Source: Eledone cirrhosa
Lineage: Eukaryota
Assembly (NCBI GenBank): GCA_964016885.1
Contig: OZ024753.1
Coordinates: 36,208,001 to 36,272,000, forward strand
Length of the DNA: 64,000 bases
Direction of reading: 5' to 3'
Within the stretch, counting starts at the first letter, position 1; every line of letters begins with the position of its first letter. Both the position numbers and the translations under genes were made by a program. Below the pieces are notes generated by a model, which did not search any database, had not been told where the DNA came from, and saw nothing but the letters and a program-made list of their open reading frames with translations. Shown piece by piece: positions 38,227 through 52,297 of the stretch.

Positions 38227-39590
38227 ATCATCATCACTCTCCGCCTGTTTTTCTATGCTAGCATGGGTTGGACGGCTCCTTTCAGCACACCATCCATCCA
38301 CTAAATGCGCTCCTTCGTCATCACCTCTGTGAGCTTCAGTGATTTGAGATCTGATCTCACACCCTCGGCTCAAGTCTTCCCTGGCTCTCGGCTCAAGTCT
38401 TCCCTGGCTCTCGGCTCAAGTCTTCCCTGGCTCTCGGCTCAAGTCTTCTCTGGCTCTCGGCTCAAGTCTTCCCTGGCTTTCGGCTCAAGTCTTCCCTGGC
38501 TCTCGGCTCAAGTCTTCTCTGGCTCTCGGCTCAAGTCTTCCCTGGCTCTCGGCTCAAGTCTTCCCTGGCTCTCGGCTCAAGTCTTCTCTGGCTCTCGGCT
38601 CAAGTCTTCCCTGGCTCTCGGCTCAAGTCTTCTCTGGCTCTCGGCTCAAGTCTTCCCTGGCTCTCGGCTCAAGTCTTCCCTGGCTCTCGGCTCAAGTCTT
38701 CTCTGGCTCTCGGCTCAAGTCTTCCCTGGCTCTCGGCTCAAGTCTTCCCTGTCTCTCGGCTCAAGTCTTCCCTGGCTCTCGGCTCAAGTCTTCCCTGGCC
38801 TTCTACTGTAGCTACCTTCCACTGGGATTTCTTGGCACTTCATCCAGCGATTGCTTTCTAGCATAGTTACGTCCCTTTACGGTTTGAGTTCAAATCCCGC
38901 TGAGGTTAACTTTGCCTTTCATCCTTACGGGGTCGATAAAATAAAGTACCAGTAATGTACTGGGTAATTGCTGGCCTTGTGCCTAAAGTAGAAACAATTA
39001 TTCACATGAATCGTGGATTGGCAGTATCGGTAGAGGGTCGGACGCCATGCTTTGCAGCACAGTTATGTCCCTTTACGGACTGAGTTCAAATCCCGCCGAG
39101 GTTAACTATGCCTTTCATCCTTACGGGTTCGATAAAATAAAGTACCAGTAATACACTGGGATAATTGCTGGCCTTGTGCCAAAAAGTAGAAACAATTATT
39201 CACATGAATCATAAGCCCTCACCAGCGCAGTCTTCTCTCTTGTCCACTATATAAGATTTCGCTTACATCCAGTATTTCTCTTAGCTCATCCACGCCTCGT
39301 CGTCTTTGCACATTGACATCGCATAGCTATGAAAGCATGCTCACTTCATTTCTCGCTAGCCTTCGCATATCCTCTGCAATCAGTGTCCATATCTCACTAC
39401 CATGCAACCATGCACATCGTATACAGTTTTGTTGTCAACAGGAGAAGATACTTTCTGAACTTTTCCATTCTCTTCTTTGTCTAGCTACTATTCTCTCAGA
39501 GCAACCCCCTGTCAATTGCTAGTTACATCAATTAGATGACAGAAACTACCAACCACTCCTCTGGCGCCTTCTCGGGGTAGGACAAAACGT
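38225..39590 (-). mobile_element. Decayed RTE 3' region with (GAT)n tail, interrupted by a 23-bp array and two SINEs
   Basis: Minus strand reads GSEIWTL..RRLARNEVSML..ERRLRW; the tail is seen as CATCATCATC at 38226. Confidence 0.7.
38364..38799. repeat. 23-bp minisatellite, 19 copies (CTCGGCTCAAGTCTTCCCTGGCT)
   Basis: Exact period 23 with C/T variants. Confidence 0.95.
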
Positions 39591-40140
39591 ATTTCGTTGA
39601 TGTTCTTGCTACTATAATCTCTGTACATCTGTCACAAACAAACTTTATCTCTTCTATCAGTCTACCTACTGGCAGTATCGGTAGAGGGTCGGACGCCATG
39701 CTTTGCAGCATAGAGTTACAGCCCTTTATGATCTGAGTTCAAATCCCGCCGAGGTTAACTTTGCCTTTCATCCTCACGGAGTCGATAAAATAAAGTACCA
39801 GTAATGTACTGGGATTAATTGCTGGCCTCGTGCCAAAAGTAGAAACTAATATTACTATTGTTACCAGCGCGGTGGATTGGCAGTATCGGTAGAGCGCCGG
39901 ACATCATGATTTGCGGTATATAGTTATATCCCTTTACGTTCTGAGTTCAAATCCCGTCGAGGTTAGCCGTGTCTTTCATCCTTACGAGAGCAATAAAATA
40001 AAGCACCAGTAATGTACTGGGGTCGATTTAATCGACTTTCTCCTCCCCTCAAAATTGCCTAAATTAGAAAACATTAAGTACCAGTAATACACTGGTGGTG
40101 ATTTGCTGGCCTTGTGCCAAAAGTAGAATCAATTATTATT
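38850..40140 (+). mobile_element. Cluster of four to five SINE copies (two tandem pairs)
   Basis: Cores at ~38910, ~39100, ~39755 and ~39960. Confidence 0.8.
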
Positions 40141-40423
40141 GTTACTACTACTACTACTACTATTGCTGCTACTACTACTACTACTACTACTATTGCTACT
40201 ACTACTACTACTACTATTTCTGCTACTACTACTACTACTACTACTACTATTGCTGCTAATACTACTACTACTGCTGCTAATACTACTACTACTATTGCTG
40301 CTAATACTACTACTACTACTATTTCTGCTACTACTACTACTACTACTACTATTGCTGCTAATACTACTACTATTGCTGCTAATACTACTACTACTATTGC
40401 TGCTAATACTACTACTAATACTG

Positions 40424-40455
<32 letters not shown>

Positions 40456-41352
40456 GTTGTTTCCGTTCTTGAAAATTCTTTTCCTTTATTTTTTCTTTTA
40501 CTAATGGCGATGATATTGATGGTTTTAATGTGTGTGGCAGGGTGTGCATGTGCATATGTACATGTGTCTATATATGTGTGTGGGGGGGGGGGGGGGGTGC
40601 GTGTGTTCGCGTGAGTATTTGTATTTAATTTAATGTATGTGTTTGTTCATGTTTGCGTGTGTATGAGTATGCCAATATATTTCTGTGTGTTTGTCTGTAT
40701 GAACATGTGAGTGTGTGTACATGTGTCTGTTTGTGGTTGTGTGTATTTGTGTGTACATGTGTTGTGTTTTTTGTGAGTGTGTGCATATACGCGTGTGTGT
40801 ATGAATGAATATGTGTGTGTGTGTATTTGTGTATGCATGCGTATGTGCGTGTGTATTTATGTGTGCATGAGTACGTTTGTGTATGTGTATTTGTGTGCGT
40901 TTGTGCATATGTTGGAGCGTTTGTGCATATGTGTGAGCGTTTGTGCTTATGTATGTGCGTGTTTGTGTGTGTGTATGCGTATTTGTATACGTGTGCGTGT
41001 GTTCGTGTGTATATGTGCGTGTACGTGTATATGTGTAAGTGTGTGTACGTATATGTGTGTGTGGTACTCCTGATCAGGATATCGTTTGTGGTAGTGATAC
41101 TGTTGTTATTGGTGTTGATTATTAGATTTAATGATGTTCATATTGTTGTTGATGTGGGTGGCCTTTCATTGTATGGTGTGTGCTGTTGTGTTCTCTCCCC
41201 TTATTTTCATTTCTAATCTATTTATTTATTTATTTATTTGCTTATATAGTTAGCCTTTTCCGCTTATCCTAATGTGTCGTTATTCCGTCTAAACATACAC
41301 CCACACCTATTCAATTATAGCAAGACCTATCTGTCTACCTTTCTATTCACCC

Positions 41353-41416
<64 letters not shown>

Positions 41417-41491
41417 GTGAATATATATATATATATACATACATATATTTAATCATATATATATATCTATCTATATATATAGAGAGAGAGG

Positions 41492-41543
<52 letters not shown>

Positions 41544-41579
41544 CATATATATATATATATATATACATACATATATTTA

Positions 41580-41635
<56 letters not shown>

Positions 41636-41929
41636 CATATATTTAATCATATATATATATATATCTATATGTATATATATGTATAAACATAGATGTGTGT
41701 GTGTGTGTATATATATATAAATATATAAATATAAATGTATATTATAAATATACCTCTCTGTATACATCTGTCGTCTGCTCTGTGCAACAATGAAACACTA
41801 TACTGCTGTTGTAGTGTGCATATCAACCACATGGTCATACCAATAAAACCATGTTCCCCAATCCATTATTTTGTTTGGATTTTTTTGTCATAGATATATA
41901 TATATATATATACATATATATACACACAA

Positions 41930-41978
<49 letters not shown>

Positions 41979-42009
41979 AATATATATATATATACATATA
42001 TATACACAA

Positions 42010-42040
<31 letters not shown>

Positions 42041-42051
42041 TATACACACAA

Positions 42052-42122
<71 letters not shown>

Positions 42123-42523
42123 AACCCATAGAATTGAATTACGACATATTTCCTTTCTATATCCCAAACAAGACCACACCTTTCTTAAATGTTTTTATCT
42201 GTAAAAATCATTGATATAGCATCAAAGCTTGTTTGTTTTCTTGGCTCAATGATGGCTCATTTTTCACACCATTTCATTCAACAGGATCTTTCAAGGTTTC
42301 GAATCTTTTATTTTCTTGGAATTTCGCTTCGTCTCCTTTTTATACCTCCCCTAAAAGAATTAAAAAGATAGAAAGCCCACTTGGCTACGAATCGGCAGAT
42401 TTGTTAGACTACGTGGGATAGATTGCTTTATGGTATTAGTTCCAGATCTATATTCTCTGAGTTCAAATCCCGCCTCTGTAAACTTATCTTTTCATCCTAT
42501 CTTTATGTGTGTGTGTGTGCACA

Positions 42524-42593
<70 letters not shown>

Positions 42594-42994
42594 TACATAT
42601 GTATGATCTGGTTTTATAATTTCACAAATTTTTGCCAATAGAGAGTCGGTCGATTTCTAACAGACACAAGACTCTCTCATTGGAATTTACACAACATCAA
42701 CTAGGTAGATATGTCTGCATGTGTGCATGCAGATATGATTGTTATTGTATGTGTGGAGGTGTATGTTTTGAGTTGCATGTGTGCATATGCTTTGTATCTG
42801 TACAAGTGTATATGCAGTTATTAGATGCAGAATTTTTGGAATGTTTTACATATTTTTACTCTTCCATTAATGGATTGTACTTGTAATTTCCTAACTAGTC
42901 GTATTCTTTCTGTTTCTGTGAATGCCATGTATGTATGTATGTAAATATGTATATACACATGTACATATGTATGTGTATGTATATGCGCGGGGAC

Positions 42995-43305
42995 ATAAAA
43001 ATAGTTGGGCTGGATACTCGATCGCGTAGTTAAACCACTGGGAATGAAGGACTCCTAGCCTTTGTCAGGGCATTCTTCTAGAAGGCAACTTCGATATAAA
43101 ACCTGCGGCTCAGTAGTTACCGATGATGTTGATCTTTTCTTCTTTTCGGGATATAGCTACTGTCTCTCAGAGAGTGGGATTGGCTCAGTGCACAGTCTTT
43201 CCTCACTTTAAAAAATATCTTCACGCACAAGCATTGCACGATAGAATTAATTAATAATGGTATATACTGCAATGGCCATACGCGATAACGAGGGGGCAGC
43301 CATCA
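42995..43305 (+). mobile_element. RTE-derived non-autonomous element, family 2
   Basis: Homologous to 13281-13608; (TATG)n tail. Confidence 0.75.
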
Positions 43306-43727
43306 TGTATGTATGTATGTATGTATGTATGTATGTATGTATGTTCTTCTGGTTTTATAATTTCATAAATGTTTGCCAATAGAGAGAGAGTCGTTACAAG
43401 ATTCTCGCATTGGAATTTACACAACATCAACTAGGTAGATATGTATGCATGCATGTGTGCAGGTATGGATGTTAATGTATGTGTGGATGTTTTAAGTTGT
43501 ATGTGTGCATGTGCATATGCTTTGTATCTGTACATGTGTATATGCAGTTATTAGATGCAGAATTTATTTTCGGAATGTTTTACTTATTTTTACTCTTCCA
43601 TTAATGGATTGTACTTGTAATTTCCTAACTAGTATTCTTTCCGTTTCTGTGAAGCCCAAGTATGTATGTATGTATGTATGTATGTATGTATGTATGTATG
43701 TATGTATGTATGTATGTATGTATGTAT

Positions 43728-44336
43728 GTCAGGTCACCACTTGGTGCTACTGGTAACATGTATCCCAGTACAACCTGTCTCATGGTCGGGTCGTTGGCGA
43801 CTAAACTGGCAACCCCACCAAGGTTTCTTGGTGAGGAGGGTGACTTTGGACATCCTGCAGGACTAAAAACAAAACCTGTCAAAGGGCAAAGGAGCTCTTA
43901 AGAGTCAATGGCCATCCAAAATCACTGGGAGAGATGACCCCTTAGCCTTTGTCAAGGCAGAATTCTAGGAGAAGGAAAACTCTGATATAACACCTGCAGC
44001 CCTGATGGTATCCAATGATGTTGACTTGTTCTTCTTTTTGGTAAATATCATCTTGGTTAAGAGAGTGGGACTGGCTTTGTGCAGTGCCTTTGCTCACTAT
44101 AAAAGCTTCACGGCACAGGCATTGCTTTATATCTGGAGATCTCTCTGCACTTGTCGTCACATGGTACCAAAGGCAATGCACTATGTGTCAATAATTGTCA
44201 CAAGTGTAGTGTTTGTACCAGAGTTTTCAAGTCGCTGTCTGGACTAAAAAGTCACACTCGTTCAGCGCATCGGTAGGAGTTCTCCTACATGGATATAAAG
44301 TAGTGGCCGTACTCGAAAACGAGTTGGCAGCCACCA
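43728..44336 (+). mobile_element. Bipartite non-autonomous RTE derivative, family 1
   Basis: Near-identical to 1686-2288; (TATG)n on both sides. Confidence 0.8.
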
Positions 44337-44386
44337 TGTATGTATGGTATGTATGTATGTATGTATGTATGTATGTATGTATGTAC

Positions 44387-44437
<51 letters not shown>

Positions 44438-44575
44438 GAGACTGATAGAGTGAGAGGGGGAGTGTGAGTATGTGTGTACGTGTGAGAGAGAGAATTGGTA
44501 ACACATGTGATGGTAAACGTAGCTACAGATTTTAGCTGTCAACGGGATCAGTAGTTGGGCTTACTGGCTTGCAGT

Positions 44576-44638
<63 letters not shown>

Positions 44639-45098
44639 CTACAAAACATACACATATATATATGCACAAGGACGTATGTATGTATACATGCAGAATATAT
44701 ATATGTCTGATTGCTTGTACGCATCTTTGAGAATGTATACATATGTGAATGTATGTAACTATGTGTGTGTGTATGTATGTATGTATGTATGTATGTATGT
44801 ATGTATGTATGTATGTATGTATGTATGTATGTATGTATGTATGTATGTGCACACATGCATGGGTGCGTATGGGCCAATCCTTAAGAAAACAGACATACAA
44901 TGACGCATGTTTTAACATATATACTCTTGTAACTTATGTACATATATATTTATTGTAACGTATATATATATATATATATATATATATAATGTGTTATATA
45001 TATATATATATATATAAATATATATATATTTATATATATATATATATAAATATATATGTTTATATATATGCTTATATATATATAAATATATGTTTATA

Positions 45099-45139
<41 letters not shown>

Positions 45140-45480
45140 CACACATTCATTTGTCTGTCAGAATCATTTGAGCTCGGCATAAAACGTTTTCCTTCTTGAG
45201 ATACATCCCATTATTTTGGGCTTTTAACGTTCCAGGGTCGATAAAATAAGCACCATTAATATACTGGTGTGATTAAAACGGCTGATCCATTCCCACTTCA
45301 GTATTAATGGTCTCTTATATATGCACAAGGTCAGCAATTTTGGGGGATTTGAACTCAGATCATAAAGGACCGTAACTCTATGCTCCAAAGCAGGGTGTCC
45401 GACCCTCTATCGATACTGCCAATACCCCGTCCTGGTGGTATTAATGCCATATAAATATACGTATATACGTATATGTACAC

Positions 45481-45566
<86 letters not shown>

Positions 45567-45636
45567 TCACGCAAATGCATATATATATATGCACGTGTAA
45601 GTACATTTGTATACATATATATATATTTTTTTTTTG

Positions 45637-45677
<41 letters not shown>

Positions 45678-46219
45678 GTATATAATTGTTTCTACGTTAG
45701 GCACAAGGCCAGCAATTACCCAGTGCATTACTGGTACTTTATTTTATCGACCCCATATATAATGTTTATATCTATGCATACAGTCCTGCTTCCGCCATAT
45801 TTTTTTCTGCTGAAAAACATTGCTACCAATTGACACAAACAATTCGCGCCTTTAACAATAACTACGACCGCCATTTCTCTCCTGTTCGTTTCCTTACGTT
45901 TGATGGGCGACATTTTGCTTTCGTTAAAAAACCTTGTTTTCTCAACCGTCTTGGCTATGTTATTAGTTTTTCTTTACACAAAAGAAACGGAAAACAATAT
46001 TTATCTTCGTATTTCCCCCTCATGTTTCTGATATTGTTGATGTTGTTCTTGATTTTGTACTTGTTATTGCTGTGGTGGTGGTGGTGGTGTTATTGGTGTG
46101 TTTTTTTTTGGTGGTGGGGTGGAATGTCGATTCCTTTCCTGCTATAGAGTTCTATACTGAGTTTACGTCTCACTTTTTTTATCAGTATATATATATATAT
46201 ATATACGTTCATATTTACG

Positions 46220-46266
<47 letters not shown>

Positions 46267-46331
46267 ACACATATGTGTGTATATATGCATATATATATAT
46301 ATGTGTGTGTGTACACATATGTGTGTATATA

Positions 46332-46399
<68 letters not shown>

Positions 46400-46613
46400 T
46401 ATATATGTATGTATGTATGGGGTGTCTCGTTGTCTCGTTAATCTGTTTGTATTTACTGTTCGTTTTTTTTATACGATAATTACCTCCAGGAAAAGAAGGA
46501 CAAAACAACAATAAAAGTCGATAAATGTTGCAAAGTATTAACAACAGCTGTTTTCAAAATTTTGTTTAAATCTTAATATATATATATACGATAAAGTTTG
46601 TGTATATGTAAAT

Positions 46614-46649
<36 letters not shown>

Positions 46650-46854
46650 GTGATTGAGACACGCTGGCTGAAAAATTTGTTTTCTATTCTCCCGCCACCA
46701 TGTAAAGTTTGTAAATCGGTGGCTAGTCGAGAGACAGAATTGTATCGGATTCCAGTTGCTAATCACTTTACTGTGTCGGCCGCCACAAACAGTCATAGCC
46801 GGCATGGGCTGGGGTTTGGATTCTGTCGATCGATTGGTTATTGATTAGGCTATA

Positions 46855-46965
46855 CCTGCTGATGAAGCCACGTACGCCGATTATGCATTGTTGCATAATA
46901 TATGCAGACGGATGGTGCAATGCACCCTGCTGCTGCATTAAGTGTGACCGAAACTCGAGTCCGGG
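46855..46965 (+). ncRNA. Candidate type-I hammerhead ribozyme with extended stem II, inside a (TA)n insert (46646-47112)
   Basis: CCUG-CUGAUGA(46859)-branched stem II-GAAAC(46950)-UCGA-GUC-CGGG. Core is intact and loop III is palindromic. Confidence 0.6.
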
Positions 46966-47135
46966 AACTATTATAGGCATGCGTTTTACGTGTGTCGTAT
47001 TGAAGCGAATAACTATGTATTTACTCTGGGAATGTATCCTACATTACCTATTGAGTACGCTGAGATACAGCCGGTCCTAGTATTGATAAACATGCTGGGT
47101 CCGTCAACTCCTTATATATATATATATATATATAT

Positions 47136-47386
47136 TGTTATACTTTGGGAGGGTCATGTTGCCAATAAGAAACACACGCACCAGTTGCTTTCACTTCAAT
47201 TTATTATAATAAATTTATAATAAATTTATAAATTTCTGGTTGGTTGGTTGGTTCCACAACCAGATAGTTGTTTATATATTGTCATAGTTCTTTCGTCACA
47301 CACTCTGTGACCTCTTCAGTGACTGGGGATTCCTTTCAACATACGATTTCAGATAAAGAATCTTGCTAAACAAATTCGGAAACGAA

Positions 47387-47387
<1 letters not shown>
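47136..47387. mobile_element. (TA)n-inserted element starting TGTTATACTTTGGGAGGG (family T)
   Basis: Same terminus at 60232, 61274, 63435 and, as reverse complement, ending at 63890. Confidence 0.65.
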
Positions 47388-47413
<26 letters not shown>

Positions 47414-47417
<4 letters not shown>

Positions 47418-47807
47418 TAAAGGGAAAAAAAAATGCTGACAAATTGTTCCCAGTGAAAAATAGTTTAATTAGGAATAAGTAAAAATTACTAATAGTATTG
47501 GTTAGTATTCAGTTTTGGTTTTAAGTTTTACCGGTTGCGCATTTCTAATGCTTTTCAAAAATAATTTTGAGATAGAGCGCCCGTGATGTTTGCTCTAATC
47601 AGATTAGAGCAAACATCATTATTTTTGAAAAGCATTAGAAATGCGCAACCGGTAAAACTTAAAACCAAAACTGAATACTAACCAATACTATTACTAATTT
47701 TTACTTATTCCTAATTAAACTATTTTTCACTGGGAACAATTTGTCAGCATTTTCTTTTTCTTTTACCAATATATCATAACTCGTGTGTTACACCTCTATT
47801 CTTTTAA
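47414..47807 (+). mobile_element. (TA)n fold-back element: ~150-bp arms, nested 17-bp hairpin, 33-bp tail
   Basis: Arms 47414-47565 / 47618-47769; tail ACACCTCTATTCTTTTAA is also found at ~34254-34271. Confidence 0.8.
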
Positions 47808-47898
47808 ATATATATATATATATATATATTATATATTTTATATATATATATATATTATATATATTATATATATATATTATATATTATATATATATATA

Positions 47899-48067
47899 TT
47901 AGAAAGTGAACAACACAATATATAACTACTCCATTACCAAAGGTAATAGACAATATTAACATACGTCTAGTTCGTCACAAAACAATGTGTTGTTCACTTT
48001 CTAATTAAATAGCTCTGTTTTATACATAGAGCACTCTTTTTTCCTTTGCTTTTTCTTCGGAAATACT

Positions 48068-48069
<2 letters not shown>
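47899..48069 (+). mobile_element. Short fold-back element sharing its tail with 6826-7062
   Basis: 19-bp arms TTAGAAAGTGAACAACACA / TGTGTTGTTCACTTTCTAA; tail CATAGAGCACTCT..CGGAAATACTT. Confidence 0.7.
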
Positions 48070-48110
<41 letters not shown>

Positions 48111-48137
48111 TACACACAGACACACACAGACACACAG

Positions 48138-48170
<33 letters not shown>

Positions 48171-48254
48171 TGTATATATATGAAAATGTGAGACATCCAA
48201 ACACAGAAAATATCTGTAATAAAACCCGTACACCATAGGTAATAGTTGAGAATT

Positions 48255-49915
48255 GTTGGTAGTAATAGTAGTAGTAGTGGTGGTAGTGGCAGTGGTAGTA
48301 ATAGTAGTAGTAGTGGTAGTAGTAGTGGTGGTAGTGACAGTGGTAGTAATAGTAGTAGTAGTAGTGACAGTGGTAGTAATGGTAGTAGTAGTGGTGGTAG
48401 TGGCAGTGGTAGTCATAGTAGTAGTAGTAGTGGTAGTAGTAGTGGTAGTAGTGACAGTGGTAGTAATAGTAATAGTAGTAGTGACAGTGGCAGTAGTAGT
48501 GGTGGTAGTGACAGTGGTAGTAATAGTAGCAGTAGTGGTGGCAGTAGTGGTGGCAGTGGCAGTGGTAGTGATGGTAGTAGTAGTGGTGGTAGTGGCAGTG
48601 GTAGTAATAGTAGTAGTAGTGGTAGTAGTAGTGGTGGTAGTGACAGTGGTAGTAATAGTAGTAGTAGTGGTAGTAGTAGTGGTGGTAGTGACAGTGGTAG
48701 TAATAGTAGTAGTAGTAGTGACAGTGGTAGTAATGGTAGTAGTAGTGGTGGTAGTGGCAGTGGTAGTCATAGTAGTAGTAGTAGTGGTAGTAGTAGTGGT
48801 AGTAGTGACAGTGGTAGTAATAGTAATAGTAATAGTAGTAGTGACAGTGGTAGTAGTAGTGGTGGTAGTGACAGTGGTAGTAATAGTAGTAGTAGTGGTG
48901 GCAGTAGTGGTGGCAGTGGCAGTGGTAGTGATGGTAGTAGTAGTGGTGGCAGTGGCAGTGGTAGTCATAGTAGTAGTAGTGGTAGTAGTAGTGGTGGTAG
49001 TGACAGTGGTAGTAATAGTAGTAGTAGTGGTAGTAGTAGTGGCGGTAGTGACAGTGGTAGTAATAGTAGTAGTAGTGGTAGTAGTGACAGTGGTAGTAAT
49101 GGTAGTAGTAGTGGTGGTAGTGGCAGTGGTAGTCATAGTAGTAGTAGTGGTAGTAGTAGTGGTAGTAGTAGTGGTGGTAGTGGCAGTGGTAGTGATGGTA
49201 GTAGTAATAGTAGTAGTGACAGTGGTAGTAATGGTAGTAGTAGTGGTGGTAGTGGCAGTGGTAGTAATAGTAGTAGTAGTGGTAGTAGTAGTGGTGGCAG
49301 TGACAGTGGTAGTAATGGTAGTAGTAGTGGTGGCAGTAGTGGTGGCAGTGACAGTGGTAGTGATGGTAGTAGTAATAGTAGTAGTGACAGTGGTAGTAAT
49401 GGTAGTAGTAGTGGTGGTAGTGGCAGTTGTAGTAATAGTAGTAGTAGTCGTAGTAGTAGTGGTGGCAGTGACAGTGGTAGTAATGGTAGTAGTAGTGGTG
49501 GTAGTAGTGGTGGCAGTGACAGTGGTAGTGATGGTAGTAGTAATAGTAGTAGTGACAGTGGTAGTAAATGGTAGTAGTAGTGGTGGTAGTGCAGTGGTAG
49601 TCATAGTAGTAGTAGTGGTAGTAGTAGTGGTAGTAGTGACAGTGGTAGTAATAGTAGTAGTGGTGGTAGTGGCAGTGGTAGTCATAGTAGTAGTAGTAGT
49701 GACAGTGGTAGTAGTAGTGACAGTGGTAGTAATAGTAATAGTAATAGTAGTAGTGACAGTGGTAGTAGTATAGGTGGTGGTAGTGACAATGGTAGTAATA
49801 GTAGTAGTAGTGGTGGCAATAGTGGTGGCAGTGGCAGTGGTAGTGATGGTAGTAGTAATAGTAGTAGTGGCAGTGGGTAGTAATGGTAGTAGTAGTGGTG
49901 GTAGTCGGCAGTGGT
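48255..49915. repeat. (GTA/GTG)n compound microsatellite with GACAGTGGTAGTAAT punctuation
   Basis: Directly visible; explains the poly-T/V/S/HY ORFs. Confidence 0.95.
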
Positions 49916-50194
49916 GATCTTAAAAAACTGTACCAGGGTATATGAGCCAGAAAGAAAAACAAGGGGGAGTCCCGTTGGATGTTTTCCCCATTTCTGTTGG
50001 ACCCATTTCCGGTGGTCTGCTTCACTAATTTGTTTCACGAAGGGCTGAGTGTGTGTATTCTGTGTGAGGGGGTGTTTGTGTGTGGCTCTGTCGATGATGT
50101 GTATGCGTATGTATGTGTATGTATGTGTGTGTATGTGTGTGTATGTGTGTGTACGTATGTTACGTGTATGTGTGCATGTCATGTAAACATGTGT

Positions 50195-50230
<36 letters not shown>

Positions 50231-50368
50231 GTGTATATATATATATGTATATATGTATGCATATATATACATATATACATATATATATATATATATGCAT
50301 ATATATACATATATACATATATATATGTATATATATATATATATATGCATATATATACATATAACATG

Positions 50369-50405
<37 letters not shown>

Positions 50406-50429
50406 TATATATATATACATATATATATG

Positions 50430-50708
<279 letters not shown>

Positions 50709-50728
50709 TATATGTATATATATATATG

Positions 50729-50777
<49 letters not shown>

Positions 50778-50917
50778 ATATATATGTATATATGTATATA
50801 TATGTATATATGATATATATATATATACATATATACTTATATATATGTATATATATATATACATATATATTTACATATATACTTATATATGTATATATAT
50901 ATATACATATATATACA

Positions 50918-50949
<32 letters not shown>

Positions 50950-51170
50950 CATATATATATATATACATATATATATATGCATACATATATATATATGCAT
51001 ACATATATATATATATGCATACATATAATACATATATACATATACATGCATACATATATATATATATTATATATATATGCATACATATATATACATGCAT
51101 ACATATTATATATATATATACATATATACATATACATGCATCATACATATATATACATATATACATATAC

Positions 51171-51236
<66 letters not shown>

Positions 51237-51290
51237 TATACATATATATATATATACATATATATATATAATATATATATACATATATAT

Positions 51291-51727
51291 ATTAATAAGA
51301 GGAATTCCAACTTTGTCTGATTTACTCGTTTTATTTACAATCCTTTTAAAATATATATAATGGTATTATAATGAAATAGTATGATAGAATATTAAATTCT
51401 AAGTGTTAATTGAACAAGTACTTTCATGCTTTCGCAATCTTCAGGTTCATGATATGTGGTGACAGTCGAGTTTGCAATTGAAAACAGTGAATGAAACAGT
51501 TTGAAAATTGCAAACTCGACTGTCACCACATATCATGAACCTGAAGATTGCGAAAGCATAGAAGTACTTGTTCAATTAACACTTAGAATTTAATATTCTA
51601 TCATACTATTTCATTATAATACCATTATAAATATTTTAAAGGATTGTAAATAAAACGAGTAAGAATCAGACAAAGTTGGAATTCCCTTATTAATATAATC
51701 TTCTATACACAATCATACACACCCGTG
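51291..51727 (+). mobile_element. (TA)n fold-back element, ~190-bp arms, each with a hammerhead motif, plus tail
   Basis: Arms 51291-51479 / 51506-51694 with a few mismatches; tail 51699-51727. Confidence 0.85.
51411..51449 (-). ncRNA. Minimal type-I hammerhead ribozyme (Penelope-like)
   Basis: UGAAC-CUGAAGA-UUGC GAAA GCAU-GAAA-GUAC-UU-GUUCA: 5-bp stem I, GNRA-capped stem II, palindromic AGUACU stem III. The mirror copy 51536-51574 has AGAA in place of GAAA. Confidence 0.65.
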
Positions 51728-51754
51728 TATATTTACCTATCTATATCTATATAC

Positions 51755-51809
<55 letters not shown>

Positions 51810-51925
51810 CATATATATATACATATACATATATATATACATATATATATACATATATATATACATATATATATACATATATATATATATATACATATAT
51901 ATATACATATATTTATATATTATAC

Positions 51926-51970
<45 letters not shown>

Positions 51971-52027
51971 CATATATATATACATATATATATATATATA
52001 CATATATATATACATATATATATATAC

Positions 52028-52116
<89 letters not shown>

Positions 52117-52126
52117 CATATATATA

Positions 52127-52217
52127 CAGGGTGTCCCAAAAATGTATACACAAATTTATAAAAAATGCTGATGAAATGTGTATAGATTTTTTTTTTGGGG
52201 GGGGGGGGGGCACCCTG
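52127..52217. mobile_element. Tiny Tc1/mariner-type MITE
   Basis: TA-CAGGGTGTCCCAAAAA ... TTTTGGG..GCACCCTG-TA. Confidence 0.6.
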
Positions 52218-52230
52218 TATATATATATAT

Positions 52231-52297
<67 letters not shown>

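Noticed and set aside
38305-38811. 168-aa repetitive ORF, and CRISPR-like appearance of the 23-bp array
   Set aside because: Pure tandem repeat without spacers; eukaryotic context; no cas genes.
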